This document shows positions 26,218 through 39,830 of a DNA stretch of 64,000 nucleotides, one piece after another. A model generated the notes under the pieces. It ran no database searches, had not been told where the DNA came from, and saw only the letters and a program-made list of their open reading frames with translations. Both the position numbers and the translations under genes were made by a program. Within the stretch, counting starts at the first letter, position 1; each line of letters begins with the position of its first letter. The stretch is from the NCBI RefSeq assembly GCF_006345805.1, contig NC_043002.1, forward strand, positions 82,026,001-82,090,000. Direction: 5' to 3'. Source of the stretch: Octopus sinensis (Eukaryota).

Positions 26218-27284
26218 TTAGTGTACCCATGAGTAACAAACACTAAATTGAGTATCTCCAACTAGCTGGAAATTAGGGATCAAATTATATGCACTACTGT
26301 GCTATCCATCATCATCATCGTCGTTTAGCGTCCACTTTCCATGCTAGCATAATCAGTCTGATAGGATCTGGAGACCCAACCTTCTTAAATTATGAACTGG
26401 GTTCACTTTGGGATTAGATATTTATTTACCCCCAAACAGTGATAAAGAAATGACTATTGGTAAATGTACCTGTATACAACGAACCCATCATGCTTCTTGA
26501 AACGATCCATTATTATCAAAATGAGGAAAAAAAAAAAGGTGGGTGCTAAGAGCAAATGTCTGTAGAAGTATTTTTTTTTTTTTTTTAACTGCAAGATAAA
26601 AACATGTAATAATTATCTCATTGGATTTTCAAAGAAATCTAATCTTTTCAGGCAATTGTATGTTCTTTCTAGTTTTCTGAAGATTTTTCCCTGATACCTT
26701 TTTTTTTACATTTTAGTATGTTTTGATAGAATAATGATCACCTGGGCAGTTTGTTTTCAGCCAGATTTGTTCACATGTGGGAATTATGTTTGCATAGTGT
26801 TTATTATATAACCTTGCTTGTCATTAATTCCAGGGAGATGTTTATATAGTATTAGAATCTCTATCTATATCAGTAGCACATCAGTTTAACCTCAGTTATT
26901 TTTTCGGTATGACTTTTTATGTCAGTTCTCTTAAAACTTGGGAGTTAGGTAAATAAATGATTGAATGAACGCACAGCAGCGCTTTTTGCACAGAGTAATA
27001 ACAACATATAAACATCAGTTCTGTCCATATGGAAAAACCAAGTAACCTGAAAATATATATCTCTATCAAGCAGTTAAGAAGTGTGTAAAAATTTATGATA
27101 AATTGAAATTAATTCTTTATCACAGATCCATATTGCTGACTCTTAAATTAAACTTTACTGGTGTTATTCAGGTGTTATACAGCACTAAAGTAATGTTATT
27201 TACTTCAACAACAACTAAGCCCATCAGAAACAGTTTCAAAAAATAATGATGTAAATAATGATTTATTGAATGTCACAAATATAT

Positions 27285-27497
27285 GTTTCTTTACTACCCA
27301 CACGGGGCCAAACTAGGACAGACAAACGGATTAAGTCGATTACATCGACCCCAGTGCTTAACTGGTACTTATTTAATCGACCCCGAAAGGATAGGCAAAG
27401 TTGACCTCAGCGGGATTTGAACTCAGAACGTAACGGCAGACAAAATACGGCTACGCATTTCGCCCAGCGTGTTAACGATTCTGTCAGCTCACCACCT
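27285..27497 (-). mobile_element. tRNA-derived SINE family B (central gcctttcatcctttcggggtcgataaattaagtaccag domain, Meta/Nin-SINE-like)
   Basis: Reverse complement of family B. 19-bp TSD ttgaatg(t/c)cacaaatatat at 27266-84 and 27498-516. Confidence 0.9.
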
Positions 27498-28334
27498 TTG
27501 AATGCCACAAATATATATCACTAAATGGAATGTTTTCTCCCATCAGTTTTTTGTGTCTAGGAATTTCAGTGTTCAAATCCTTGTGAGGTTGACTTTGTGT
27601 GTCATCCCTATTTCATAGGTCAATAAAATATACACCTGTTAAATTCTGGGATGAATGTTATCAACTGTAACCCTATGTTCCAAATTTATCCCTTTGCACC
27701 TATGTTAGAGACTACCATCTTTATCATTGTCGCTGTAATCATCACCATCATTTTAATGCTTAGGTTGAGCAGGTCTACAATCTGGCATTCCACCACTTGT
27801 CTCAATTCTTTTTTTATGTTATCCTCTTTTTATTGATAAATTATGAGAAATAATCGTGAAGGGAAAAAAGAGACCCCTGAAAGTGAGGATACTCTCAGTG
27901 CAATATTTTTGAAACTTTTTACAGTATAATCACAAAGGATGGGAGGTCAAGAGCATGCCTGTGCTTGCATCTACTTGTGATTGCACAGGCACCTTAAAAC
28001 AGTTAGTGAAAGCATAAGACATGCTACCAAGCCATGCTTACTTGTGAATGATGGTTCTATGATTTATGTATGTTTATTTATATACTGTGAGTGATACCAT
28101 AATAGCATTGAATGCTTTTGGAATTTGAATGTGAATTTATATAATTCAAACTAAGATGAGGTACAATTATGGCTCTGAGATTTTTTGGTGTCAGCTTATT
28201 GACCCTGCATTATAAATTCCACTACCACCACCACCACTGAGCGGTGCTCTTGAGAAAGGTGCATAACTCTGTTTGCTTTGGGGTTTCTTGGCTGACTTTA
28301 GACTCCACAAATTAAGGTTGGTATTTGGAAAATG

Positions 28335-28563
28335 CGGCAAGCTGGCCGAAACATTAGCACGCCGGGCGAAATGCGTAGCCGTATTTCGTCTGCCGTTACG
28401 TTCTGAGTTCAAATTCCGCCGAGGTCGACTTTGCCTTTCATCCTTTCAGGGTCGAAAAATTAAGTACCAGTTACGCACTGGGTTCGATGTAATCGACTTA
28501 ACACGTTTGTCTTTCCTTGTTTGTCCCCTCTGTGTTTAGCCCCTTGTGGGTAGTAAAGAAATA
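28335..28563 (+). mobile_element. SINE family B, full length
   Basis: gagttcaaattcc B box and central domain. 15-bp TSD ggtatttggaaaatg at 28320-34 and 28564-78. Confidence 0.9.
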
Positions 28564-29654
28564 GGTATTTGGAAAATGTTAAAAATATTGCGTTCACAAT
28601 TTTCGAAGTGAAGATGAAAAACTTTTCCATACAATTTCAGTATTAACCACTGAATATAGTCACAGCAGTATGGTCTGAATGTTGCTGTAGTACCTGACTG
28701 GAAATGTTTCATTTCCACTAGCATCTCTTGGAAGATACAGTCTAGCTCAAATTTCTAGAACCTCATCACATGGCACTAATTCTTGTGACACCCATCCATT
28801 GTATTGTGTCCTCCGGGCAAGACATACTACTCTCTTCGCCTCAGTGAGCCTAATAAATGTCATTCCCCACTTCATGGCCCAGTGATTTGCAGTTGGAAAT
28901 GCATCCATCTGTAAAAGCACTTTCTTTAATAATATGCAAGCATTCGGTGTTGAAGAGAGTGAATAGTTGAAAGGTGGAGGGGGGGGGGGTATTAAAAAAA
29001 TTTTTTTTTTTTTTCACCTCCATTTTTTTAATATGCAAAAATGAATAATCTCTTGCCTTTGTGAACATTGCTGTAATACTTTTCCTAAAAGTTATATATT
29101 TTCTAGCTTGAAAAAATTCCATTCGTCTCCATATTCATATTTTTGATAAGACACCATTGCTATGGATACCAAAAAACATGGAATTGGAGGGTGGTAGTAA
29201 GTAGCTCAAGAATTTTCAGAGAAAGTATGTGTGTGTGTCTTCCCCCCTCCTCCCGCACATGTGTATCTGAGGTTTCCTGATTGAATCAAATATTGATGTT
29301 AATACTTAAGATTTGGATTCATTGATTTTGATGAAATCAATAATATGTGTATGGGGCATTAATGTATCGGAGGTTAAGGCTCTGGACTATTGACCACATA
29401 TGGTGATGGGTTCGGTTTTGCTAGAGTCATTATATTCTGTCTCCGAGCAAAGTGAGCCACAATGTTCTACATTAGACCAAGAGCGGGGACTATTTTGCCT
29501 GCATTCAGTTCTGTGTGTTTCTATATAATGTATGAAAGTATTTGAATTATCAGTATGTGTTAGCTACAGGGAAGACATTCAATTAACTGTAAAATAATCT
29601 GCCAGTAATAAACTTGTCTAACACATAACACGGAAAGACTGGTGTATGAGTGAA

Positions 29655-29930
29655 TCATCATCATCATCATCACCACCACCACCATCATCATCGTTTAACA
29701 TCCGCTTTCCATGCTAGCATGGGTTGGACGATTTGACTGAGGGCTGACGAACTAGATGGCTGCACCAGGCTCCAGTCTGATCTGGCAGAGTTTCTACAGC
29801 TGGATGCCCTTCCTAACGCCAACCACTCCAAGAGTGTAATGGGTGCTTTTACGTGCCACCGGCACGAGGGCCAGTCAGGCGGTACTGGCAACAGCAACGC
29901 TCAAATGGTGTTTTTTACGTGTCACCTGCA
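29655..29930 (-). mobile_element. Family C retroposon, young copy
   Basis: (CAT)n-cgtttaacatccgctttccatgctagcatgggttgg ... ggatgcccttcctaacgccaacc. Confidence 0.8.
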
Positions 29931-30227
29931 CATAAAGACCAATATAGATGTGTGTGTAAAAGAAATATATCATTTGTGGAAGAAGCTCAAAGAAGCTTGA
30001 TGTGTGTCCATCCATCCATGTGTGTATCTTTGTTTACATTTGAGGTCTAGAAAAGTTGCTTCGCACCTTAGATGTATAGAAAAAGAGATCCTTTACTTGG
30101 AAAACAGGTATGGGTTAGTGACAGGAAAAGCTTCCAGCTGTAAAACAATATCTCCATAATGCATTCTTATTATCTTATTATCAATGCCATTATAGAAAAA
30201 TTGCCAATAAAAATACACGTGGTTCTT

Positions 30228-30622
30228 TTATTTGTTTCAGTCATTTGACGGTAGCCATGCTGGAGGACCACAATTAGTTGAAGAAATCGACCCCCAGGAC
30301 TTATTCTTTGTAAGCCTAGTACTTATTCCATCGGTCTCTTTTGCCGAACTGCTAAGTTATAGGGCCCTAAACACACCAACATCGGTTGTCAAGTGATGGG
30401 AGGTGGCGCACACAGACACACATACATATAAGTGTGGGTGTGTGTGTATGTATACACACACACACACACAACAGGCTTCTTTCAGTTTCCGTCTACCAAA
30501 TCCACTTACAAGGCTTTGATTGGCCTGAGGCTTTAGTAGAAGGTACTTGCCCAAGGTGCTACACAGTGGGACTGAACCTGGAAACAATGTGGCTGGGAAG
30601 CAAGCTTCTTACACACAGCCAC
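30228..30622 (-). mobile_element. SINE family A
   Basis: Reverse-complement match to the family A head, core and tail. Confidence 0.85.
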
Positions 30623-30975
30623 GCATGCACCTATGTCTGATACTTTAATTAAAGGCACACATGAACCCTTTGATTAAGGGTTTGTCTCTTTCATCTTTTT
30701 CTCCTTTTAAGGCATACAATTCACTCTTGCACAACTTTTTATGCTTTTTTCTAAATACCTATTTATAGTTTGTCTCCTGATTTTTGAGCTTCTGTCTACC
30801 AGCTGTAACCTCTCATGTTCAACTGTCCTTCGTTTACTCGCCTCATTCCATTTGTGCTATTTTTGCCTATATGCATATATACTTGTGTGAGATGTGACAT
30901 ACATGCATATATAATGTCTACAGTGTATATGTGTGTGAATCACAATACATATATGTAAAATATATACGTATATGT

Positions 30976-31362
30976 AGTCATGGTTGTGTGGTAAGGAGCT
31001 TCCTTCCCAACCACATGATTCCAGGTTCAGTCCCACTGCGTGACACCTTGGGCAAGTGTCTTCTACTCTAGTCTCAGGCCAACCAAACCCTTGTGGATGG
31101 ATTTGTGAGACAGAAACTGAAAGAAGTTCATCATGTATATATATGTGTGTGTGTCAGTGTATTTTACCCCTCCCCATCACCACATGGCAACCGGTGTTAG
31201 TGTGTTTCTGTCCTTGTAACTAAACGGTTCAGTAAAAGAGACTTCAAGAATAAGTACCAGGCTTAAAAGAATAAGTTCTGGAGTTGATTCATTCTACTAA
31301 AAATTCCTCGAAGTGATGCCCCAGTATAGCCACAGTCAACTGAAACTAGTCAAAGATAAAAG
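30976..31362 (+). mobile_element. SINE family A, older copy
   Basis: tggttgtgtggtaag A box, ggttcagtccc B box, core and tail. Confidence 0.85.
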
Positions 31363-31399
31363 ATATATAATATGTGTATATTTTAGACATATATATATA

Positions 31400-32260
31400 T
31401 AGGGTGCAGTGAATAAATTGTCGTCTAAATTACACAAAAATGAAAATAACACTGACATCTCATTTTAACAGATATATTACCAAAATTACATAAAAATACC
31501 TTGAAATACAAAAGAGTAAATTTATTCAATAAAATTGTCATTAGCTTCAACCGTGGCTTCCAGACAACTTTAGAATCTCCTGTAACTCTTCTACACGGTT
31601 TCGTTTTTAAGTTGGTGAATGCTGCCATAATTCTTGCCTTCAGTTCATCTTTGCTGTTACAAAGAGTTTTGTTGGTCTCTTGCTCAACTGCAACCTAAGG
31701 GGGTTGCAGTCTGAGGAGTTAGTTGGTCAGATGTTAGGAGTGATGTGGTTGCAGAAATTGTCCGACAGCCATGACTGGGTTCTCCTGCTTGTTTGTGGCA
31801 TGGCGGCAGAGTCCTGCTGCCAGACATAGGGTCTTCCAGCAGCCACCCTCTTGACCTAGAGCAGCACTACCTCCTCTACACACTTGATGTAGGCCTCTGT
31901 GTTGAGTCTGGGGCCAAGTGGGATGATGAATGGATGCATAATGTTGCCATTACTAATGATCACTCCAAACACCATGATGTTGACTGGATGTTTGATTTTT
32001 ACAACTCTCGGAACATGTCCTCAGATTGCTACCCAAACACTCTGAAATGTTCGTATTGGAGCTTCTGACTCAAATGCCAAGCATTACAGTATGTCATTTC
32101 CAAATTTCTAGCAGAGTGAATCCCGTTATGGTGCTGTTTTTCTTATAGTCACTGCCCAACTGACCCTACCATACTGTGTAATCAACAAAAGCAAAAGCCA
32201 ACAATGCGCATGCACGAAATTAGAAATATAAAATGGTGACAATTTACTTATTATACCCTG
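31400..32260 (-). mobile_element. Internally deleted Tc1/mariner-superfamily element, DD37D (maT)-like
   Basis: Imperfect TIRs tagggtgcagtgaataaattgtc and gacaatttacttattataccctg, flanked by TA. Minus-strand remnant RVAAGRPYVWQQDSA..TSRRTQSWLSDNF..ITPNI*PTNSSDCNP matches the QQDSAP / WPPNSPDxNP motifs. Confidence 0.85.
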
Positions 32261-32278
32261 TATGTGTGTGTGTGTGTG

Positions 32279-32329
<51 letters not shown>

Positions 32330-32332
32330 ATA

Positions 32333-32484
32333 CAGTGTGGTAAGTAGCTTGCTAACCAACCACATGGTTCCGGGTTCAGTCCCACTGCGTGGCATCTTGG
32401 GCAAGTGTCTTCTGCTATAGCCCCGGGCCGACCAATGCCTTGTGAGTGGATTTGGTAGACGGAAACTGAAAGAAGCCTGTCGTA

Positions 32485-32524
<40 letters not shown>

Positions 32525-32731
32525 GTGTGTCTGTGTTTGTCCCCCTAGCATTGCTTGACAACCGATGCTGGTGTGTTTACGTCCCCGTCACTTAGTGGTT
32601 CGGCAAAAGAGACCGATAGAATAAGTACTAGGCGTACAAAGAATAAGTCCCGGGGTCGATTTGCTCGACTAAAGGCGGTGCTCCAGCATGGCCGCAGTCA
32701 AAATGACTGAAACAAGTAAAAGAGTAAAGAG
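32333..32731 (+). mobile_element. SINE family A, young copy (first unit of a tandem duplication)
   Basis: Complete B box, core, internal microsatellite and tail. Confidence 0.9.
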
Positions 32732-32875
32732 TATATATAGATAGATAGATATGTTTAATATACATATATGTATATAAAATACAATACACAAATATATGTA
32801 CTATATAGACAGGTATTTGCAAGATATAAATAGATTAGTGTGATATATATATATATATATATACACACATACATA

Positions 32876-33027
32876 CAGTGTGGTAAGTAGCTTGCTAACC
32901 AACCACATGGTTCCGGGTTCAGTCCCACTGCGTGGCATCTTGGGCAAGTGTCTTCTGCTATAGCCCCGGGCCGACCAATGCCTTGTGAGTGGATTTGGTA
33001 GACGGAAACTGAAAGAAGCCTGTCGTA

Positions 33028-33078
<51 letters not shown>

Positions 33079-33279
33079 CTGTGTTTGTCCCCCTAGCATT
33101 GCTTGACAACCGATGCTGGTGTGTTTACGTCCCCGTCACTTAGTGGTTCGGCAAAAGAGACCGATAGAATAAGTACTAGGCGTACAAAGAATAAGTCCCG
33201 GGGTCGATTTGCTCGACTAAAGGCGGTGCTCCAGCATGGCCGCAGTCAAAATGACTGAAACAAGTAAAAGAGTAAAGAG
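32876..33279 (+). mobile_element. SINE family A, young copy (second unit of a tandem duplication)
   Basis: Appears identical to the 32333 copy outside microsatellite tracts. Confidence 0.9.
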
Positions 33280-35759
33280 TATATATAGATAGATAGATAT
33301 GTTTAATATACATATATGTATATAAAATACAATACACAAATATATGTACTATATAGACAGGTATTTGCAAGATATAAATAGATTAGTGTGATATATATAT
33401 ATATATATATACATGTTTATACACACATGTGCGCACGTACTTGTAAGTATGTGTGTATGTATATTCTTGTTTAGTGTACTCATCTCATTTATCTGATAGA
33501 TGAAATAATTGCTACTCAGATAAAGAACCATAAGTGTCTTAGCCAGTTACTGAGGACATTTCATTGAATTGCTTTCAAAGAGACATCAATAAATTTTTGC
33601 TTATAACAATACACTGACTATCGCTTGTTATTGTCTGCACAATTCAATGATACTTTGACAGCTATGCAATTGCTATGAATTAAGTCCAAAAGCAGGCTTT
33701 TTCACAAGTATTTATGATACAACTACCCTGCTAGCATCATCACCTTTTCCTTTGTTATTCGTTATATCTTTTGTATTTATACCTGATGAAATCCATCACT
33801 CATTGTGTTGAATATAGCATTTTACCCTAATTTTGCCAAAGACGTTTTTTTTTTGTTTTTGGTTTCGTTTTTTTTAAATTTATTTTATTTTTGTAATTTA
33901 TCCTATTAACAACTTTTTACAGTTTTTTTGTTTTGTTTTTTTTTTTCTTTTCTTTGTGTCTGATCATGTTCTGCTGGTGTAGATTTTATGTTTTATCTAT
34001 CTCATTAACTGGGGTTCCATCATAGTGAATCAGTATGGGTCAGCTTTCTGCACTCTCAAACCAAACAGGTAATTCAGTGCAATGTGCCTTTTTCTGTATT
34101 TTGCCACCTATCGTTTGTTCATCATAATGCACTCTCTCATTGATCACACACTTCAGATATGATAGGTCATAAATTTACTTGGAAAAAACTTTTATTACAA
34201 TTGATTAGCCAAGTTCTTGCTATACTGTCCTGCTGTTGCTTAGTGTCACAAACATTTACACATATAACTTTTCAAACATTGCTTGAACCAGCCTGATTTG
34301 GTCAACATCATGAGACAATGTCTCAAATATATTATTTATTCCACTGTTTTTACTCAGCTTTTTTTTGGCTCAAAGTAAATATCTTTCAAAATGAAAGATC
34401 TGACTATGAATGTGTTGTTTTATTCATTTTATAGTACATTTGTGTCTAAAATATTTGCCAATTTATAAAGTGCAAAACTTGGAACATGTCCAACTTGTAA
34501 ATTATCAATAATAAATATATATGATCTCAAGAATTTAATGATCTCTCTCTCTCTCCCTCTCTCTGTGATATCCTCTCTTTCTTCTTTACCAAAAAAGAAA
34601 AAGCAAAGTATTTTCTTTCCTTCTTAAAACATTGAGCTCTCCTATTTTAGCCCTATTTCTTGATTTTTGATTTTTTTTATAGTGGGGGTGGTCAAAGATT
34701 TACTTTTGTTTAAGATTCACAAAAATAAACTAACAAATAATAACATGACACAATTTCTCTTTTGTTGTGAAATAGCTGGATAGAATGCCATAACTGATGA
34801 TTAAAAAAAAAATGGTGGGTGGATACTTATCTTTTGCAATTCTATTCCAAGAATTGTGGGGATGAAACTAAAAAAAAAAAAGAAAGAAAATATTCAAACT
34901 GAAAAAACCCTGGTGAAATGGAATATCACCAACACTTGATTAAAATTGCAATAGAAAGTTTCCTTTGTGATATCTATATGGAGAAGGTGGAAAAAAAGAA
35001 CTCTACTTTGTGGAGAGACAAATTGACAAAAAAACATCAAATTTGTGTTATGTTGATGTGCCAAGAAGAGAAGAAGTATCTTCTGGTTGGAGCAACTCCG
35101 TCATTTTATTTAAACATGTTTACCTGATTCTTATATTTAATATAGTATTATTGGCTGTTGCCGTCTTGCATAGTTATGGCGAACAGCTGCCAAGTCCATT
35201 GCCTCATATTCTCCTGCAATATTCCCAGACCATATTCCTTTGTCTAGTGGCTATAGCATAAGGTGGGAAGCAGTGGATAAGATCGAAAAGACTTGGGTCA
35301 GATGCTTTCTTCTCTGGTCAAGCCTACATAAAATTATTCAAGTTCCATTTAGCGTGGAAACTAAGAGCAGAGAGAGAAATGCTGTCCCCACTAAATTTTC
35401 AGAAAGATGGGTTACAATGTGTAAGAAAGGCCTGTGTGAATGGACCTACTCTCGGGGGCATGCTACTTAAGGTTGGAGAACAGTTGGATGAGAATGATTG
35501 TCAGAGTAAATCTTGAGGAATATTTTGGATAACGTAGTCCTAAATAAAAGATTTCCATGAGAGAAGGAGAGGATAGACATAACTTCAGGCTAAACCACAA
35601 CAAATACAACAGTAACAGTGCCAACAACAAAATCTCAAAGGGTTCTTTCTTTCAGACATCTGTAGAAATACAGCTCTGAGGGATAGTCCATAAATTGCAT
35701 GACTCAAAAAAAAAAAAGTGATTTTTTTTTTTTTTTGTGCTAATATTCAATGGCTGGAA

Positions 35760-36340
35760 GATGGTGAGCTGGCAGAAATATTAGCATGCCGGGCGAAATG
35801 CTTAGCGGTCTTTCATCTGCTGCTACATTCTGAGTTCAAATTCCGCCGAGGTCAACTTTGCCTTTCATCCTTTCGGGGGTCAATTAAATAAGTACCAGTT
35901 ACGCACTGGGGTCAATATAATCGACTTAATCCATTTGTCTTTCCTTGTTTGTCCCCTCTATGTGTAGCCCCTTGTGGGCAATAAAGACATAGGTATTTCA
36001 TCTGTCTTTACATTCTGAGTTCAAATTCCACCGAGGTCGACTTTGTCTTTCATCTTTTCGGGGTCGATAAATTAAGTACCAGTTCTGTACTGGAGTCGAT
36101 CTAATCAACTGCCCCCCATTCCCCCAAAATTTTGGGCCTTGTGCCTAGAGTAGAAAAGAATATTTAATGGCTGGATGACGTGCCAGGCAAGACGCTTGGT
36201 TGCATTTCGTCTGCCCTTACATTCTGAATTCAAATTCTGCCAATACCCTTCATCCTTTCGGGGTCAATAAAATAAGTACCAGTTGAGCATGGGGAGCAAT
36301 GTAATTGACTAACTTACTCTCCTGAAATTGCCAGCCATTA
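35760..36340 (+). mobile_element. SINE family B dimer/nest (35760-36158) plus an adjacent older copy
   Basis: Three successive central domains. Duplication aatatt(c/t)aatggctgga at ~35742 and ~36159. Confidence 0.85.
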
Positions 36341-36700
36341 TTTAGCACTCGAGAATCTCAGAAACTTTTCATAATGGTAACTTGTTTCAGTTTGGCAGTA
36401 TTAGAAGGGGATACCTACTTTCTTTTAAGTTGATTGAAACTGGTGTAATGGACAGTGTTCCTCTCATTTCTGCTTTGAGCAAGCATTGGCCAGGAAGACC
36501 ATGCTGACACTTGCTCCAGTCATTACCAAATACGGTGATATCCTCAATTGCGATCAAAGTATCTTGGTTTCAACCGTATTTAGCAAGCTAGGATTGTCTA
36601 CTCAGTCCAAAATATATACATTGGTTTAGTGGTTTACCACTCTAAGCTGTTAGCATTGTAACATTGCTCAGTGTTTAGCAGTAATGCTTCTCTCTCTCCC

Positions 36701-36747
<47 letters not shown>

Positions 36748-37653
36748 CACACACACACAAGTAAAAATGTGTGTATTTATGCATGATGTTTATTTTATGG
36801 TAATAGTATGTGTGTGTGTGTATATATAAACTGTATCAAGGTCTTTCATTGTACACTATGGTCCGATTGTCACATAATAATAATAATAATGATAATCATG
36901 GTAATAATAACACTAATAAATATATTAGCATATATTTTTGAAATGACTAATATGGCTCTAGCAAGATGCAATTGTTTTAAGTTTCCAACACACGATCTAC
37001 TCCGATGAAAGCACTTGTCAAACAAGTGCAACTAAAGAATGCTAAATAATCTGACTTAAATCCCCGCTTTGATTCAACATAGCAATAACAACCCATCTAA
37101 AAAAGAAAAAAGAAGAAAAGGATTTAAACAAAACAAAAAAAATTTTAAATAATACTATTGACTTTAAAGAGTTTTTTTGCTAGTTTCTTCATTACCTCGT
37201 CCTTCTTTAGTGATAGAAGAGGCTAAATTCTGATGAATAAATATGTAATGGGTGATGAGGTGAATAGTTGGTGGGGGTCTCTAAAACAGGTTTGTTTTCC
37301 TTTTCTCTCTGTCTGTCTGTCTGTCTGTCTCTGTGTCTCTCTTTCTCTTTATCAGTCTGTCTTTCTCTCTCTCTTTCTCTCAACTATCAACCTATTGACT
37401 GTACTTGTAATAAATATATAAAATGAAGCATCTTGCACTAAAGATCTGTTACAGTTTGATGTTGACTCGTTTATCAGAGGCATTTTGTCAAAGCCATATA
37501 GACACACATATATATCTGTTTGGAAACTATGAGTATCATCTTTCCTCTGTTGATACTAGACCTTTGACATTTCTCTAAAATTAAACAATTTCTGTAACTT
37601 GTTGAACTTTTAGGAAATAGCTTCTAAGAATATTATTGAAGTCAGTAAAAAAA

Positions 37654-37686
<33 letters not shown>

Positions 37687-39830
37687 AACTAAACCATAGG
37701 CAAAAAAAAAAAGCTAATTTGTTTGTATTTCGTTTTACTTTTCATAGCTTTCTTCTTACACGCAAACATACACACATGCATACACATGTATATACATGTA
37801 TGTATGTTTGAGAGAGAAAGTGTGTATGTCTGTGTGTATCCGTACTTGTTAAGGCATTTCACTTTGGTGAGAAAGCAAGGGCTATCCAGAAAAGTATAAA
37901 TTTAAATGCTTATTCTCGCTTTCTTGCCTATATTAGGTATATCTCATCTCAAATAGCATCCCTGTATATATATATCTCTCTTACTTTGTGTGTGTTGATT
38001 TGATTCTATAGTATCGCAGTTACTTTCTTTTCCTATCCCCAAATCCATCAAACATCTCATAACATTACTTATGCTTTCACTTAATGGAAGCCTATCAATA
38101 TAATGTTTTCTAGCTTAGCAGCTTTTTTTCTGTGTTTTTTCCCCCTTTCCTTTTTTTTTTTTTTTTTTTTCATCTTTATTAAAGCTTAATTGAGGTGGTT
38201 TTAACTCACCTGATTTAACTACATACATATATTGCTGAAAAAGTTTGTGAAAGATTTTTAACCATTAGCAAATATTCAATTCTCAATCAAGAAAGCTCAC
38301 TCGTATCATATCAGTTTTCTGTTCTATCTTCCTTGAGCAATATTCAGCTGAAAGCTAGCTAGATCTGTGTTCTCTTCCCTTTTGTTCTCTGCTCCTCTAT
38401 CTTGTAATCACAAGTAAGATTCAGAACATGCACTACCATGTTTCCTGGCCATATGATAGCCGGATCAAGGGTGATGTGCAAAAGCCTTGATCAAATGGTC
38501 GATCGAATTCATTTGATCCACTTTATTAGCTAGTTGTAAGGTGATGAATTGGTAGAGTCATTTCAAGTTGTTGGATTGAACAGATGTCTTGCCATATTTT
38601 TCCAACTCTCTGAATTCTGATTTCAAATCCTGTTACGGTCAACATAACCTTTTATCCTTCCAGAGTCAGCAAAACAACACCAATCCAGGTCATTGGATTG
38701 GCAGAAGTATTAGTGTCAGGCAGGATAGCGTGTAGTAACTTTCCTAGTTCTTTGTATTCTAACAGCAATGTCTGTGATGAAATTGCTGCCAAGCTGCATT
38801 GGTCCTAAGGTACCAGTTCGTTCTCTTGGTTAAACATTAGTAATGTGCAGAGGAATAACTTGCATGTATGGCAAGTGTTAGTCTTCGTTAGAAAACTTCA
38901 ACCAGGCCCATGCATATCTGTGCTAATACGTGGTCACGCCTAAACAGCAGAAGATGTAGAAGTAGTTGTAAACATGAAAAGATTTGACCTAGCAAATTGC
39001 TTCACTTCCTATGTATTCTCATTTAGCAATGACTGGGCTCCTGACAAGTTCTAATGTGGTGCCGGGTTTTAGTAACAGAGCCAGTTTGAAACGTTTCTGG
39101 CACAGGGTGGGGATACTCTAACAAATAACTTTTTTAATTTTAACATATTTGACATTGCACTGTTTAATTCCTTATCAATAGGAATCAGTAATATTTTTGG
39201 AATAACCAAATCAATTAAGCTTTTCACCTCCCTTACAGAAACTTGCTTTTGTACTTAATTGAAAATATTTAATATTAATAATAATAATGATAATGATCAG
39301 TAGTTTTATCATTATCATTCTTAAAGTATTTACACACATTCATTTCCACACACAAGTTTATTTTGATATAAATTTGAAGTGGATTCATTGGTTTCAAGTA
39401 TAAAATAGGTAGGAGAGTGGAGGAGTGATTTTTACTTTCTAAAAAATCAATGCTGTCTCTTCATTTCATATGAATTTCATCTGTTGTAAATATTTGAAAA
39501 TAATCTTTGGTTTTTTTTGTTTTGTTTCCCTTTCTATGGCTGCTGGATTCTAGAAAGAGAGAGTGTCAGAAGCTAACAAACAACGATAATTATCTGTGAT
39601 ATTTTACCAAGCATAAAGAGTGTTATGTATCTCTTGGGAAATGGAAGAAATCTTTAAAGCATAATGACATCTTGGTCAGATTGTGAAAGAAATGTCTATA
39701 AGAATGGTTTTAAAATGTATCGAGTGATTGGGAGAGAAAAAAAAAAAGAAAGAAAATTGCATCTTTTTCGTATTTTCGTTTTCAATGAGATAAATGCATA
39801 ATAATATTTTTTCTTCTTCTTTCCTTGCAG

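Larger units (their letters stand above)
32285..33410 (+). repeat. Tandem duplication of a ~545-bp unit (SINE A plus unique flank) bounded by (TA)n
   Basis: Offset 543-548 bp. The identical ORFs 32628-32822 and 33176-33370 confirm identity. Confidence 0.95.

Noticed and set aside
32285-33410. Repeat-spacer appearance suggestive of a CRISPR-like array
   Set aside because: Only two long identical units with no unique spacers, in a eukaryotic context with no cas genes.
33780-33850. Other CTGATGA occurrences (33783, ~34794, ~37230, ~49694)
   Set aside because: No downstream GAAAC-NNNN-GUH box or stem I complement, so they are not hammerheads.
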